Below are positions 1-8,552 of a stretch of 52,202 nucleotides of DNA, piece after piece (the first letter of the stretch is position 1; every line of letters starts with the position of its first letter). The position numbers were made by a program, and so were the translations under genes. The stretch comes from a virus. Lineage: Duplodnaviria > Caudoviricetes. Location of the stretch: positions 1 to 52,202 of the IMG/VR virus record IMGVR_UViG_3300037246_000766. One strand, given 5' to 3'. The notes below the pieces were generated by a model. It was not told the DNA's origin and ran no database searches. It saw only the letters and a program-made list of their open reading frames with translations.

Positions 1-2
1 CA

Positions 3-167
3 CATACTCCAGGCATCAGGGACGGTGCTTTCCAGGTAGGCACATTAAGCCAGCTAAAGCTAGACTATACGTCTGGTCCGTCTAGTTGGCTGAACACCAA
101 CGGTGTGGTATACGGGAATGGCAAACGCGCCCTGCTCAATATCATCGACGGGGCCTGGAGGAAATGA
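3..167 (+). CDS. C-terminal fragment of a T5 A1-like / metallophosphoesterase-like phage protein (5' partial)
   Basis: Frame 3 reads HTPGIRDGAFQVGTLSQLKLDYTSGPSSWLNTNGVVYGNGKRALLNIIDGAWRK*, matching the HSPGI..G.YQVG..S.L.L.Y..GPSSW....YPNGKR pattern I recall for A1-like proteins. Not in the ORF track. Confidence 0.6.
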   Translation, partial: HTPGIRDGAFQVGTLSQLKLDYTSGPSSWLNTNGVVYGNGKRALLNIIDGAWRK

Positions 168-168
168 A

Positions 169-390
169 ATGGAGAAGCACATGGCGCAACGCTCGATGCT
201 CGACCAGCCAAAAACTAACTGGGTTTGCCCGTGCGGAGCAAAAGTGTTTGAGATCTTGGTGTGTCCGAATTGCATCCACACACCACAGTCTCATATCGTT
301 GGGTTCAAATGTATTGGATGCGACACGATTCACACAACGGATCTCGAAGGGTCTACCTTCGATGAAGAATTTGAGAACGTCGTCCATTGA
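169..390 (+). CDS. small Zn-finger-like protein
   Basis: GGAGG RBS before ATG169; CPC, CPNC and CIGC motifs. Confidence 0.6.
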   Translation: MEKHMAQRSMLDQPKTNWVCPCGAKVFEILVCPNCIHTPQSHIVGFKCIGCDTIHTTDLEGSTFDEEFENVVH

Positions 391-971
391 TTTGGATGGC
401 CTCATATGGAGACAAGCCACCCGTGGCTAAAGTATCAACAAATTTCACTGTCTACGAAGTCGGGCGCTCAGACATAGCGACTCGACTTGAGATCCCGAAC
501 AAGCCTCCCCAATGGGTGCTTGAGAATGCAGCGCTAGTAGCAACGCATATCCTTGAGCCTGTTCGGGAGCACTTCGGTAAAGGATACCTTCCGAACTCCT
601 GGTACCGCAGCGAGGAGTTTGAGCAGATACTGACTTGGGAGAAAGGCTTTCGCCGCTGGTGCGCTAGGCACAATAAAAACTGGATCACGAAGGCTGAACT
701 GTACAAGAGGCCGAAGGCACTCGACTCATGGACTGAGTATTTCGATCGCAAGCAGCACCCCACGGGGAAGGCAGTGGACATCGAGATCGCAGGCGTGGAC
801 AATGACACGCTTTTCTTCTGGATTCGAGACAACCTGGGGTTCGACCAGCTCATTCGTGAGTTCCCGAACCCAGGCGATCCGGCTTCGGGCTGGGTCCATG
901 TCTCGTGGTCCTGTGTACAAACGAATCGGCAGAGTTACTTCTCGTACCCGAGCTATGACAAATACGTCTGA
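387..971 (+). CDS. endolysin, peptidase M15A family (Zn peptidase)
   Basis: SWYRS, QHPTGKAVDI, FDQLIRE and GWVHVS motifs; sits next to a holin-like gene. Start may be ATG396. Confidence 0.85.
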   Translation: MIWMASYGDKPPVAKVSTNFTVYEVGRSDIATRLEIPNKPPQWVLENAALVATHILEPVREHFGKGYLPNSWYRSEEFEQILTWEKGFRRWCARHNKNWITKAELYKRPKALDSWTEYFDRKQHPTGKAVDIEIAGVDNDTLFFWIRDNLGFDQLIREFPNPGDPASGWVHVSWSCVQTNRQSYFSYPSYDKYV

Positions 972-1203
972 ATGGTGCTCACGAGCATCGGAGTGCATGA
1001 ACGAACTGAGGATCGTACCTCGGATTGCGCTCGTGACGTACTTCGGCTTTGTCGGGTACGTGTCACTGTGGTTCATGGAGCTACCCGATCCCTCGGGTGT
1101 GCAGATGACCTTCGCAACTTTGATCGCGGGCTTACTCCCTGCAGTCATCGGGCTCTACCAGGGCTCCATCAAGATGGGACACGCAAATGCCAGCAATAGT
1201 TAA
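955..1203 (+). CDS. putative holin (2 TM helices)
   Basis: 82 aa from ATG955 with two hydrophobic segments (IALVTYFGFVGYVSLWF; MTFATLIAGLLPAVIGLY); directly after the endolysin. Confidence 0.65.
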   Translation: MTNTSEWCSRASECMNELRIVPRIALVTYFGFVGYVSLWFMELPDPSGVQMTFATLIAGLLPAVIGLYQGSIKMGHANASNS

Positions 1204-2797
1204 CGAGACTCTCGCGATTGGAACGCATGTCTTCATGGTGAACCCAAGAGTTCAGACAAACATCGTTGTCGACTCGCTAGGGAGTGGAGGTACAGCAAGC
1301 GTTGACTTCACCTACGATGACAGGGGCGAGGACACCATCCTCTCGGGTGGCAACTTCGCTGCTGACGTAGCGAGTGCGGAGTGGGCTCCGGGTGGCACTG
1401 CGCGATCTGCTCAGACTCTGCGTGGACCAGTGACTGCTATCCGGTTCGTAGTGGCTGGGGGTACTGTCAGAGTTGTTGCTGATCGTGCTGGCAAAGTGCG
1501 AAAGATACTCTTCCCAGGAGGCGAGACTCACGTTGGTAATAAGATAGCTTGTGCGATGACCATGACGATTGCCGCGTCGGGACGACAGCTGGCTCCTGGT
1601 GTTGGCGCAGTGTCGATGAACATGGTGATTGCATCAGTAGGATTGAATTCGGTTCACCATGGTGCTGGGTCCATGCCGATGACGATGGCGCAGGCTGCGG
1701 GTGGAACAATCGATAAGACACACCATGGTGATAGCTCAGTGTCGATGAACATGACGCTCGCATCAGTGGGATCGAACCCGGTTCATCATGGTGATGGCGT
1801 ACCAGCGATGACGATGGCATTAGCTGGAACATCTGCAGATCTTAAAGTCCATCACGGTACCGCAGCTATGCCCATGACGATGGCACTGGATGCAGACGGA
1901 TCGAATCCAGTTCACCATGGTGACGGTGTACCGGCAATGAACATGGCGCTGGCCGGTGTAGGGCTGAACCCCACACAACATGGCATCGGTGCTCTAGCAA
2001 TGGGTATGGCACTGGCTGCGACGGGAACAAACGAACCGGCTGGCGTAGTTTCTTTGGCTTCTGACTTCAATGAGGCTGTGCTCTTGGAAGATACGACTGG
2101 ACCGCTTGTATCAGGACAGGCTGATGGACGTGTCTGTACGATCTCGTTCTGGTACAAAAACAACGCTAACCATTCTCATGACCAGGAAATAATTCGAATT
2201 CAGAATGGCTCCAGTCAGGCGGCGCTCAACGTACGGAATTCTTGGGCACGCTCCCAATCCCTTGTGGTTAATACGACTTCAAGCGGAAGTAACTCTTTGA
2301 TCTCATGCGCATCGGCAAACAGCTCGGTTCAAGTCGCGGACGGATGGAACCACTTCATGTGTTCATTTGAAAATACCTTTCCTCTGGATTCAGTCGCACA
2401 CGTAACTGGGTATTTTAATGGCGTGCTGCTCGTGCATGGTACTAACGGTGAGATTGTTAACCAGTCAATCCAAAATCTTGATATCGCATACAATGCTCGC
2501 GGCAAGGAAATTGTATCGGCTTCAAACGGATTCCCAAGCGCGAGTGGTTTCCTTGATGGACAGATATCAAATCTGTATGTGAATATTCAGGAGCGCCTCG
2601 ACCTGACTATCCAAGCGAACCGAGAGAAGTTCTACTCAGCAACGGGCGGGAACACAGATCTCGGTTCGGATGGCTCGGCTCCAACTGGAAGTCAGCCCAT
2701 CATCTTTGCTCCAGACGGTGACTTGAGAGTGAATGCCGGGTATGGTCCGAACCTCACCAAAATCTCAGGTACCATCACAGCTGTTGCAGGTCCTTAA
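1187..2797 (+). CDS. putative virion fibre/decoration protein: N-terminal beta domain, His/Met repeats, C-terminal LamG/ConA-like domain
   Basis: TISFW, DGWNHF, YFNG and FLDGQISNL resemble a LamG domain; eight ~21-aa repeats in the middle. Confidence 0.65.
   Translation: MPAIVNETLAIGTHVFMVNPRVQTNIVVDSLGSGGTASVDFTYDDRGEDTILSGGNFAADVASAEWAPGGTARSAQTLRGPVTAIRFVVAGGTVRVVADRAGKVRKILFPGGETHVGNKIACAMTMTIAASGRQLAPGVGAVSMNMVIASVGLNSVHHGAGSMPMTMAQAAGGTIDKTHHGDSSVSMNMTLASVGSNPVHHGDGVPAMTMALAGTSADLKVHHGTAAMPMTMALDADGSNPVHHGDGVPAMNMALAGVGLNPTQHGIGALAMGMALAATGTNEPAGVVSLASDFNEAVLLEDTTGPLVSGQADGRVCTISFWYKNNANHSHDQEIIRIQNGSSQAALNVRNSWARSQSLVVNTTSSGSNSLISCASANSSVQVADGWNHFMCSFENTFPLDSVAHVTGYFNGVLLVHGTNGEIVNQSIQNLDIAYNARGKEIVSASNGFPSASGFLDGQISNLYVNIQERLDLTIQANREKFYSATGGNTDLGSDGSAPTGSQPIIFAPDGDLRVNAGYGPNLTKISGTITAVAGP
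1529..2030 (+). repeat. eight tandem ~21-22 codon repeats (HHGxGxxxMxMxLAxxG)
   Basis: Visible in the translation and as degenerate DNA repeats (e.g. tcgaacccggttcatcatggtgatggcgtacc vs tcgaatccagttcaccatggtgacggtgtacc). Confidence 0.9.
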
Positions 2798-2809
2798 CGG
2801 AGAAATTCA

Positions 2810-3154
2810 ATGACTGATCTAAGTAGAAACCGTGCCGTCGTTAACGACACTCTCGCAGTCGGCACTCATGTTTTCATGACCCCCGCTTACCGTGGCGCTC
2901 TCTACGGTGTGGTGGACACGTTGGGTCAAGGCGGCACCGCGCTTATCGAGTACACGTTCGATGATCGAGACAAGGATGTTATCCTTTCGGGTACGAACCC
3001 GGCAGGCGTCTTCGCTGCTGACGTGGCGAGCGCCGAGTGGAACCTCGGAGTCGTAGCGCGAGGCGCAGAGACCCTGGAGGGTCCGATCACAGCTATCAAG
3101 ATCACGATAGCGGTCGGCACGGTCAGGGTAGTAGTGGCTCCGCACCCACTTTAG
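2810..3154 (+). CDS. small structural-like protein, paralog of the N-terminal domain of 1187-2797
   Basis: Shared blocks VN(D/E)TLA(V/I)GTHVFM, FAADVASAEW, TL.GP(I/V)TAI and GTVRVV; GGAG RBS. Confidence 0.8.
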   Translation: MTDLSRNRAVVNDTLAVGTHVFMTPAYRGALYGVVDTLGQGGTALIEYTFDDRDKDVILSGTNPAGVFAADVASAEWNLGVVARGAETLEGPITAIKITIAVGTVRVVVAPHPL

Positions 3155-3175
3155 GGGCGGAAGTTAAAGTGAAGT

Positions 3176-3601
3176 GTGACGGAGGCCCCTGAGAGGCCCC
3201 AGGAGAGAGACGTGATACCAACGAAGCTCATCATAGCGGGGGTCGTGACCGTGCTGCTCCTGGCTGCAGGAGCGGCCATTTGGATGCACTACACGGGGCT
3301 GCTCAGCACCATTACGCAGCTTGAGACCGACAAGGCCCAGCTCCAGACCGCAGTCCAGCTCAAACAGGCCCAGATCGTGTCCCTGGAGGCCCAGGCCGCG
3401 TCTTCGAAGGAGCGGATGGAGGTAGTCCAGGCTGACTTCGCGGAGGCCAGGGCACAGGCTGAGCGCGTCAAGACGCTGTTCGCCAACCATGACTTCGACA
3501 GGCTCGCCAAGGCTAAGCCGGGGCTGATCTCGCGGAGAATGCAGAAGGCAACCGCCGCAGTATTTGCGGAGATTGAGGAGATTGGCAATGAAGAATTATA
3601 G
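3176..3601 (+). CDS. i-spanin (Rz-like)
   Basis: One N-terminal TM helix followed by a coiled coil; HDFDRLAKAKPGLI motif; upstream of a lipoprotein gene. Confidence 0.7.
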   Translation: MTEAPERPQERDVIPTKLIIAGVVTVLLLAAGAAIWMHYTGLLSTITQLETDKAQLQTAVQLKQAQIVSLEAQAASSKERMEVVQADFAEARAQAERVKTLFANHDFDRLAKAKPGLISRRMQKATAAVFAEIEEIGNEEL

Positions 3602-3770
3602 CGTCGAGTTTCTCCTACAGGGCGGGGCCGGAAAGGCGTGGGCTCCCAACGTGGAGAATCCAGTGACAGCTACAAATCTAAAGAGCGTGCTGCAACAACT
3701 CGCTGATGGGATACCTGGAGACGGCATGGTCGAGTTCATCGGTGTTCGGGTAGAGCTGGTCGATGAATAG
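3588..3770 (+). CDS. hypothetical protein (60 aa) between the spanin genes
   Basis: GAGGAG RBS before ATG3588; overlaps both neighbours by a few bases. Confidence 0.6.
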   Translation: MKNYSVEFLLQGGAGKAWAPNVENPVTATNLKSVLQQLADGIPGDGMVEFIGVRVELVDE

Positions 3771-4092
3771 GTACCACACACTTCTCATGTTTTGTGTGGT
3801 AGCTCTCACCGGGTGTGGCTCTGCACCCGTCAAGCTAGACGTCAGTCAAGTCGTCAGGTTGGAGTGTGGTGCCGAGCCCAAAGTGGACCGGTTGCACATG
3901 CGAATCGTCAAGCCTTGGGTCATCGAGGACAACGCCGGCATCACTTGGATCGGGATCTCACCAGACCATTACGAGAATCTCAGCACCAACATCGCAAGTG
4001 TCAAGTCGCAACTCAAGCAGCGAGTGTCTGTCAACAAGTTCTATCGCAAGTGCATCGAGAGCTTCAATGCCCCGCAAGCTGACAGCACTTGA
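3763..4092 (+). CDS. o-spanin (Rz1-like lipoprotein)
   Basis: Signal peptide with lipobox LTGC; YENLS.N...YRKC helical C-terminus. Confidence 0.7.
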   Translation: MNRYHTLLMFCVVALTGCGSAPVKLDVSQVVRLECGAEPKVDRLHMRIVKPWVIEDNAGITWIGISPDHYENLSTNIASVKSQLKQRVSVNKFYRKCIESFNAPQADST

Positions 4093-6745
4093 GTTCGCTG
4101 AACAGCTCAAGGTCCCGAACGTCACAACCCGAGTCCTTGGTGGCGCAACCCACGCGAGCGTCGGTTGGGCAATAGGCTGGGCCAAAACCCGCATACGACA
4201 GCTGTCGCAGCAGATTCGACGTTCGACAATTCAACGAGAACAAGATAAACAACGCACGCGTTTTGCAGACATCCTGACTTTCAAGGATGGTAGTCCTGTT
4301 AACTCTTCCCCGAACGAGAGTATACCTAAGAGTGTTGTCTTCGACCGTCGCTATTACTACGCTGTCAATGGGAAGAACGTCAACAGCATCGAGCTGTTCC
4401 TGAATGCCTACGTCGGTCTCTGGTCGATCACGATTCGTGCCATAGATGCAGTGGGGACTCCCGTCTTGTTCTTGATAACTGATGCAAGCGAACACGAAGC
4501 TATTGTCGGATCGGGAGAAAGTACGACAGAGTTTCCTGTCACTCGTGTGAATCTCTCGACTATTGAAGACGATGAAAGTCCGTTGATCAATGTTGTTCCT
4601 GTACGAGCGACAGCCTTGGGGAATCGTTTCACGTTTAGTACAACAGAGGAGACTGAGCTATCTGGCAAACAGGCTTGGAGAAATTTTGACGCTCGTAGAC
4701 TCTACAAAGTTCTAAGCCCGTGGGTCAATATAAATGTAGCGGCGATTAAGAGCACTTTTATTTGGGTGTCTCCACCGGAGCTGGTGGCGATTACAGGAAT
4801 GAAGTACCAAGCCACTTCAATGGTGCCTGTTTATTATGATCGTGCTAATGACAAAATAACTTTGTGGGTTGGAGAAAATGGTATCGGTGAGCCCGATCAA
4901 CAATTCCGAAGTAGACTGCTTGATCCTAGTGGCAATCCAGGTGGTTCGTCATACGACGTACCAGTCATAAACATTGAAATAGCTGCTAGCTTTTTCTGGA
5001 CAATCGATGTGGATGATTATTTGGTCAGTGGTGTCCCCGCTGGAGGACGTACGACACTCACTGATGTCAGCGCGGGGAGCCCACTCTCAGTAGACTGGGC
5101 ACTAGAGGTTGGACTACTGACTGACCCTATCCCCACTGAAGATGGCGCGTTTGATTTTGTTAGTACTGATCAGCGTTTTGTCGACGGTGGGTTAACGACT
5201 ATCAACTTCTCCATACGAGCGACCGGAGTAATCTCGGGGGGTATCGCCTCGTCAGTTCTCGTAGAAGTCAGTCCTTCATTTCTTATTGAGGGAGATTCTA
5301 TACTCGCGGGGTTCACAAACGATCTGACAGGGAACCCTCCTATACTGTCGGACATGGGTCAACACTTCAATGTTACACGTAACAATGTCGCTCTCGGGTC
5401 CAACGCACTCTCAGAACAAGCCGGTAAATATGTAGATGCATCAAGCGCAGCTACAGAAAAACTCAAAGTCACTGTAACTGATAGCAACAAGGGTGGCTGG
5501 TCAGGCGCAAGTGGATACCCTTTCGGTACTCACTTCGCTGGACTAATTGCTTCGCGCTTGGCCCCGCCGGGTTTTGTTGATTTCCCAGCGTCGTTTGATT
5601 TTATTGAAAGTGACACGCATGCAGGTAGTCCACTAATTCGGCACGTATACAACACAAATCTTTACCTATATGAAGGCGTTCATGTTATCCACCGACGATT
5701 CGTACAACACGAGGGGTTCCTCAGAAACGGTAAAGCTTTTGTCGCACTAGAGGGAACTTCATATACAGAGAACGAAACAACAGCGGAGTGGAAAGTCTTC
5801 ACATGGATTAACGGAATCATACAACCGTCGACACGTAGCTTTGATGCATCTATTACCCAGGATATCAAAGACCCGTCGCCTGGGAGCGTGCCTTATCAAT
5901 TGAAAGTCGAGCAGTCGGGCGGGACTATATCTATGACTGATTTGTTTTCCAGAGATACCCCGGTGGACGTGGGTACGGGAGGAATTATTACAAAAAGTGT
6001 AACGCAACCTCCGCAATCTTTTTCATCAGCTCAACAGGGAATGCACACAATTCTTAGCACTGACAAAAAGTTTGATGACGGTTTTGGTAATGATATCTTT
6101 GGAGAGAATGTTGAGATCGATCCGATCTCTGGCTTTAAGCGGGTTACTCGACCTTCAGGCACCCTTCAACAAGCTCGGATCTTGGACGAGACCGGAGCAA
6201 TCATCGCGGAGTATGTAGACGATAAAAATGCACGCAACGAGCAGTTCAATATTAGGGGTATACAAACATCATTCATCCAAGTTTTTAGTGATGTAGGTTT
6301 CGGTGTTCTTTCATTTAGTGAACCAGGAATTGAGTCTACGGATGTAGTGCTTGTTGATGGGAAATTCGATTTCCGTTTCATCGGGCAGGGGCTCAACTCG
6401 ATGGCTAATGACAGCAGAATCTATATGAATGATATCGGGCTCACACCGGATAACGGTATCAGTATTCGTTGGATCGATGCAGTCGAGGATCAACACGGTC
6501 TCTTCATGGGACTTGTGAGTACTGACTTTGAAACGCTGCGAGATGAATGGGCTACTATCAATGCGGATGTCGAATCTACACCAGAACAAATCACTGCTGC
6601 GCGTGATGCAGCCGTGGCTGAGATCACTGTGTTATACAACAACTTCGCTAGTCTCGATTTTGTTCTTGCAGCAGCGAGCACTGGTTTGGGTATAGATGAG
6701 GGTGGGTTGCATCTCTATATCGTAGACAAACAAGTAGATATCTAG
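4067..6745 (+). CDS. large putative virion/tail protein (892 aa)
   Basis: Long ORF rich in Ser/Thr/Gly and beta-strand-like sequence. Likely start is ATG4067 (MPRKL), since the upstream extension overlaps the o-spanin gene. Confidence 0.6.
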   Translation: MPRKLTALEFAEQLKVPNVTTRVLGGATHASVGWAIGWAKTRIRQLSQQIRRSTIQREQDKQRTRFADILTFKDGSPVNSSPNESIPKSVVFDRRYYYAVNGKNVNSIELFLNAYVGLWSITIRAIDAVGTPVLFLITDASEHEAIVGSGESTTEFPVTRVNLSTIEDDESPLINVVPVRATALGNRFTFSTTEETELSGKQAWRNFDARRLYKVLSPWVNINVAAIKSTFIWVSPPELVAITGMKYQATSMVPVYYDRANDKITLWVGENGIGEPDQQFRSRLLDPSGNPGGSSYDVPVINIEIAASFFWTIDVDDYLVSGVPAGGRTTLTDVSAGSPLSVDWALEVGLLTDPIPTEDGAFDFVSTDQRFVDGGLTTINFSIRATGVISGGIASSVLVEVSPSFLIEGDSILAGFTNDLTGNPPILSDMGQHFNVTRNNVALGSNALSEQAGKYVDASSAATEKLKVTVTDSNKGGWSGASGYPFGTHFAGLIASRLAPPGFVDFPASFDFIESDTHAGSPLIRHVYNTNLYLYEGVHVIHRRFVQHEGFLRNGKAFVALEGTSYTENETTAEWKVFTWINGIIQPSTRSFDASITQDIKDPSPGSVPYQLKVEQSGGTISMTDLFSRDTPVDVGTGGIITKSVTQPPQSFSSAQQGMHTILSTDKKFDDGFGNDIFGENVEIDPISGFKRVTRPSGTLQQARILDETGAIIAEYVDDKNARNEQFNIRGIQTSFIQVFSDVGFGVLSFSEPGIESTDVVLVDGKFDFRFIGQGLNSMANDSRIYMNDIGLTPDNGISIRWIDAVEDQHGLFMGLVSTDFETLRDEWATINADVESTPEQITAARDAAVAEITVLYNNFASLDFVLAAASTGLGIDEGGLHLYIVDKQVDI

Positions 6746-6825
6746 GCCCCATGCAATTCCTTTCGTAAAAAAAATTTTGACAATGGGCGTATTGGATGGG
6801 TTATACCCACCTACTATCGAGATCC

Positions 6826-7134
6826 TTAAAACTCTTCTTTCTTCATAACGTCACGCATCAATCGTTCGTACACACGCTCTCGTACACAGTCAGCAGGGAC
6901 CGTGCCGCACAATTCATTGTGCTTCTCGGCGTAAGAGAACACCCTGACAGGTAAGTAATGTCCGAAGCCATCGTTCTCTAGTACCTCGGCCTGGACAATG
7001 AGGACTGAGATCTTGCCTCTCGTTTTATCCCTCATTGTGTAGTACTCGGTTCGACTTCGCTCTGAGAAGCGGAGCACTAGCTGCTTCTCCGTTGCTTCGT
7101 ACTCTGCGATGGTAGTCTCTCCGAAGTTAGGCAC
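6826..7134 (-). CDS. hypothetical protein
   Basis: ORF with GGAG RBS; last gene of the leftward block. Confidence 0.55.
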   Translation of the reverse strand: MPNFGETTIAEYEATEKQLVLRFSERSRTEYYTMRDKTRGKISVLIVQAEVLENDGFGHYLPVRVFSYAEKHNELCGTVPADCVRERVYERLMRDVMKKEEF

Positions 7135-7339
7135 TGGGGCTCCTCCCTACGGGCCATGCCGTATGGTTTATCGTGGCGTTCCAATTGTCAGCGAGTCGTA
7201 CGCGTGCGATGTGGCAGTATCTCTGAGCATAGAAGTGGTTAGCAGTAAGAGGCTCACCCTTTGCAGACTGACAATAGTCACCAATGACGGCGAAGCAGGT
7301 GGGACAAATAACCCCTTCGATACGGTCGCGCTCATTCAT
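7127..7339 (-). CDS. small Zn-finger-like protein
   Basis: CPTC...C...H motif; ATGA overlap with the upstream gene. Confidence 0.55.
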   Translation of the reverse strand: MNERDRIEGVICPTCFAVIGDYCQSAKGEPLTANHFYAQRYCHIARVRLADNWNATINHTAWPVGRSPSA

Positions 7340-7662
7340 AACCTCGCCTCGTGTCTGCGCATGTTCTCAATGTCTTTGTGTAGTTCGATGAACTGCGCTT
7401 GGTTGGTGTCATTGACGTAGTGGCCCTGGAGCCTGACCATATGGTCGATAGCTCGGGTGACTGCCTTCTTCAGATTCATGGTGACTGGTCTGAGAATCAT
7501 CATGCCGTTGCACGGGTGCTCGTTCCACGAATCAGTCTTGCCGCACGTCTCGCCGGGGACCGTGTCCTTAGTGTCACCACACCGGTTACACTTAACTTCG
7601 CGTTTGGCTTTCTCGTAGTTCTCTTCTCTTTGTAGCTCTCGTGCAAAACTAAGACCGCTCAT
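7336..7662 (-). CDS. hypothetical Zn-ribbon protein
   Basis: CNRC, CG and PCNG motifs; GGAG RBS. Confidence 0.6.
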   Translation of the reverse strand: MSGLSFARELQREENYEKAKREVKCNRCGDTKDTVPGETCGKTDSWNEHPCNGMMILRPVTMNLKKAVTRAIDHMVRLQGHYVNDTNQAQFIELHKDIENMRRHEARL

Positions 7663-7831
7663 CTGTCAGCTCCTTGACCTTTGCGATGAGAACGTCGAGG
7701 ACTTCTGCTAGTTCGACAACATCGCAGTAGCCTTTCTGTGGGTGATACACCTGACCCATAGTGACTACGGATACGCCTCCGCGCATGCTCGTGAGATCGG
7801 TATTCGCCATTGGACTGATTACTATATACAT
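7649..7831 (-). CDS. hypothetical protein
   Basis: AGGAG RBS; tightly packed with neighbours. Confidence 0.5.
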   Translation of the reverse strand: MYIVISPMANTDLTSMRGGVSVVTMGQVYHPQKGYCDVVELAEVLDVLIAKVKELTDERS

Positions 7832-7860
7832 CTAAGTCTCCTGGTATTTGTGAAGTGTGT

Positions 7861-8325
7861 TTACCATAGGACTGTCCTGATCGGGATGTTTACTTCGGTT
7901 AGCATGTGCTGTGCAGTGATGCAGTTCAGCTTCCACAGCTCTCCCTTCCCTTCGAACTTGTCTCTCTCGGGACCTACGATACTCTTGATGCCCGCCTGGA
8001 TGATGGCTCGCGCACAGTCAGTGCAGATACCGAAGCCTGGGTTGTGCCCCAAGTACAGGGTACAGCCTCGTGTCCCGCCGCGACCGGCAGCAGCTTGGTA
8101 GATAGCATTGCGTTCTGCGTGCTCTGTGATGTCGTACTTGAGCGGGCGTTCATGGTACTGAGGGTTTTCGTCATCGATGTCACGAGGGAAACCATTGAAG
8201 CCAGTCGCTACTAGCTCATGGTGTTCATTGACGATGACCGCTCCGCACTTAGTGCTTCGATCTTTGCTCTTCTTCGCGACCTCTTGGGCCAGCTTGATAA
8301 AGTAAACGTCCCAGCTAGTACTCAT
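7861..8325 (-). CDS. dCMP deaminase
   Basis: SKDRSTKCGAVIV, TGFNGFP, HAERNAI and CTDCARAIIQAGI Zn-deaminase motifs. Confidence 0.92.
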   Translation of the reverse strand: MSTSWDVYFIKLAQEVAKKSKDRSTKCGAVIVNEHHELVATGFNGFPRDIDDENPQYHERPLKYDITEHAERNAIYQAAAGRGGTRGCTLYLGHNPGFGICTDCARAIIQAGIKSIVGPERDKFEGKGELWKLNCITAQHMLTEVNIPIRTVLW

Positions 8326-8552
8326 GTGTTGTCTCCAGGGACAGGTGAGAGCCCCAAGTTGTGACGTCCCTGCGCTGCATCAGGACCGGAGTTTAGAGTT
8401 TCCGCCTCCAGAATGTATCGGCGGGCCGTTTGGTGTCTCGTCTCCCCCGGCCACTTGTTCCCCACCCCCATTATCAGGTCGTGGTACAGATCCTTGAACT
8501 TCGTCAGGTCCTGCTTCAGCATCAGTATCTCTCGATACGTTGCGTTCGTCAT
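8322..8552 (-). CDS. hypothetical protein
   Basis: GGAGG RBS; K.PGETRHQTA.RYI motif, which I recall from other phage proteins. Confidence 0.55.
   Translation of the reverse strand: MTNATYREILMLKQDLTKFKDLYHDLIMGVGNKWPGETRHQTARRYILEAETLNSGPDAAQGRHNLGLSPVPGDNT

Noticed and set aside
3866-4066. N-terminal extension of the 959-aa ORF
   Set aside because: It lies within the o-spanin gene and is Ser-rich noise; ATG4067 is the more plausible start.
1187-6745. Diversity-generating retroelement acting on fibre genes
   Set aside because: No reverse transcriptase, and no template/variable repeat pair differing at adenines was seen; the 1187/2810 similarity is an old protein-level paralogy.
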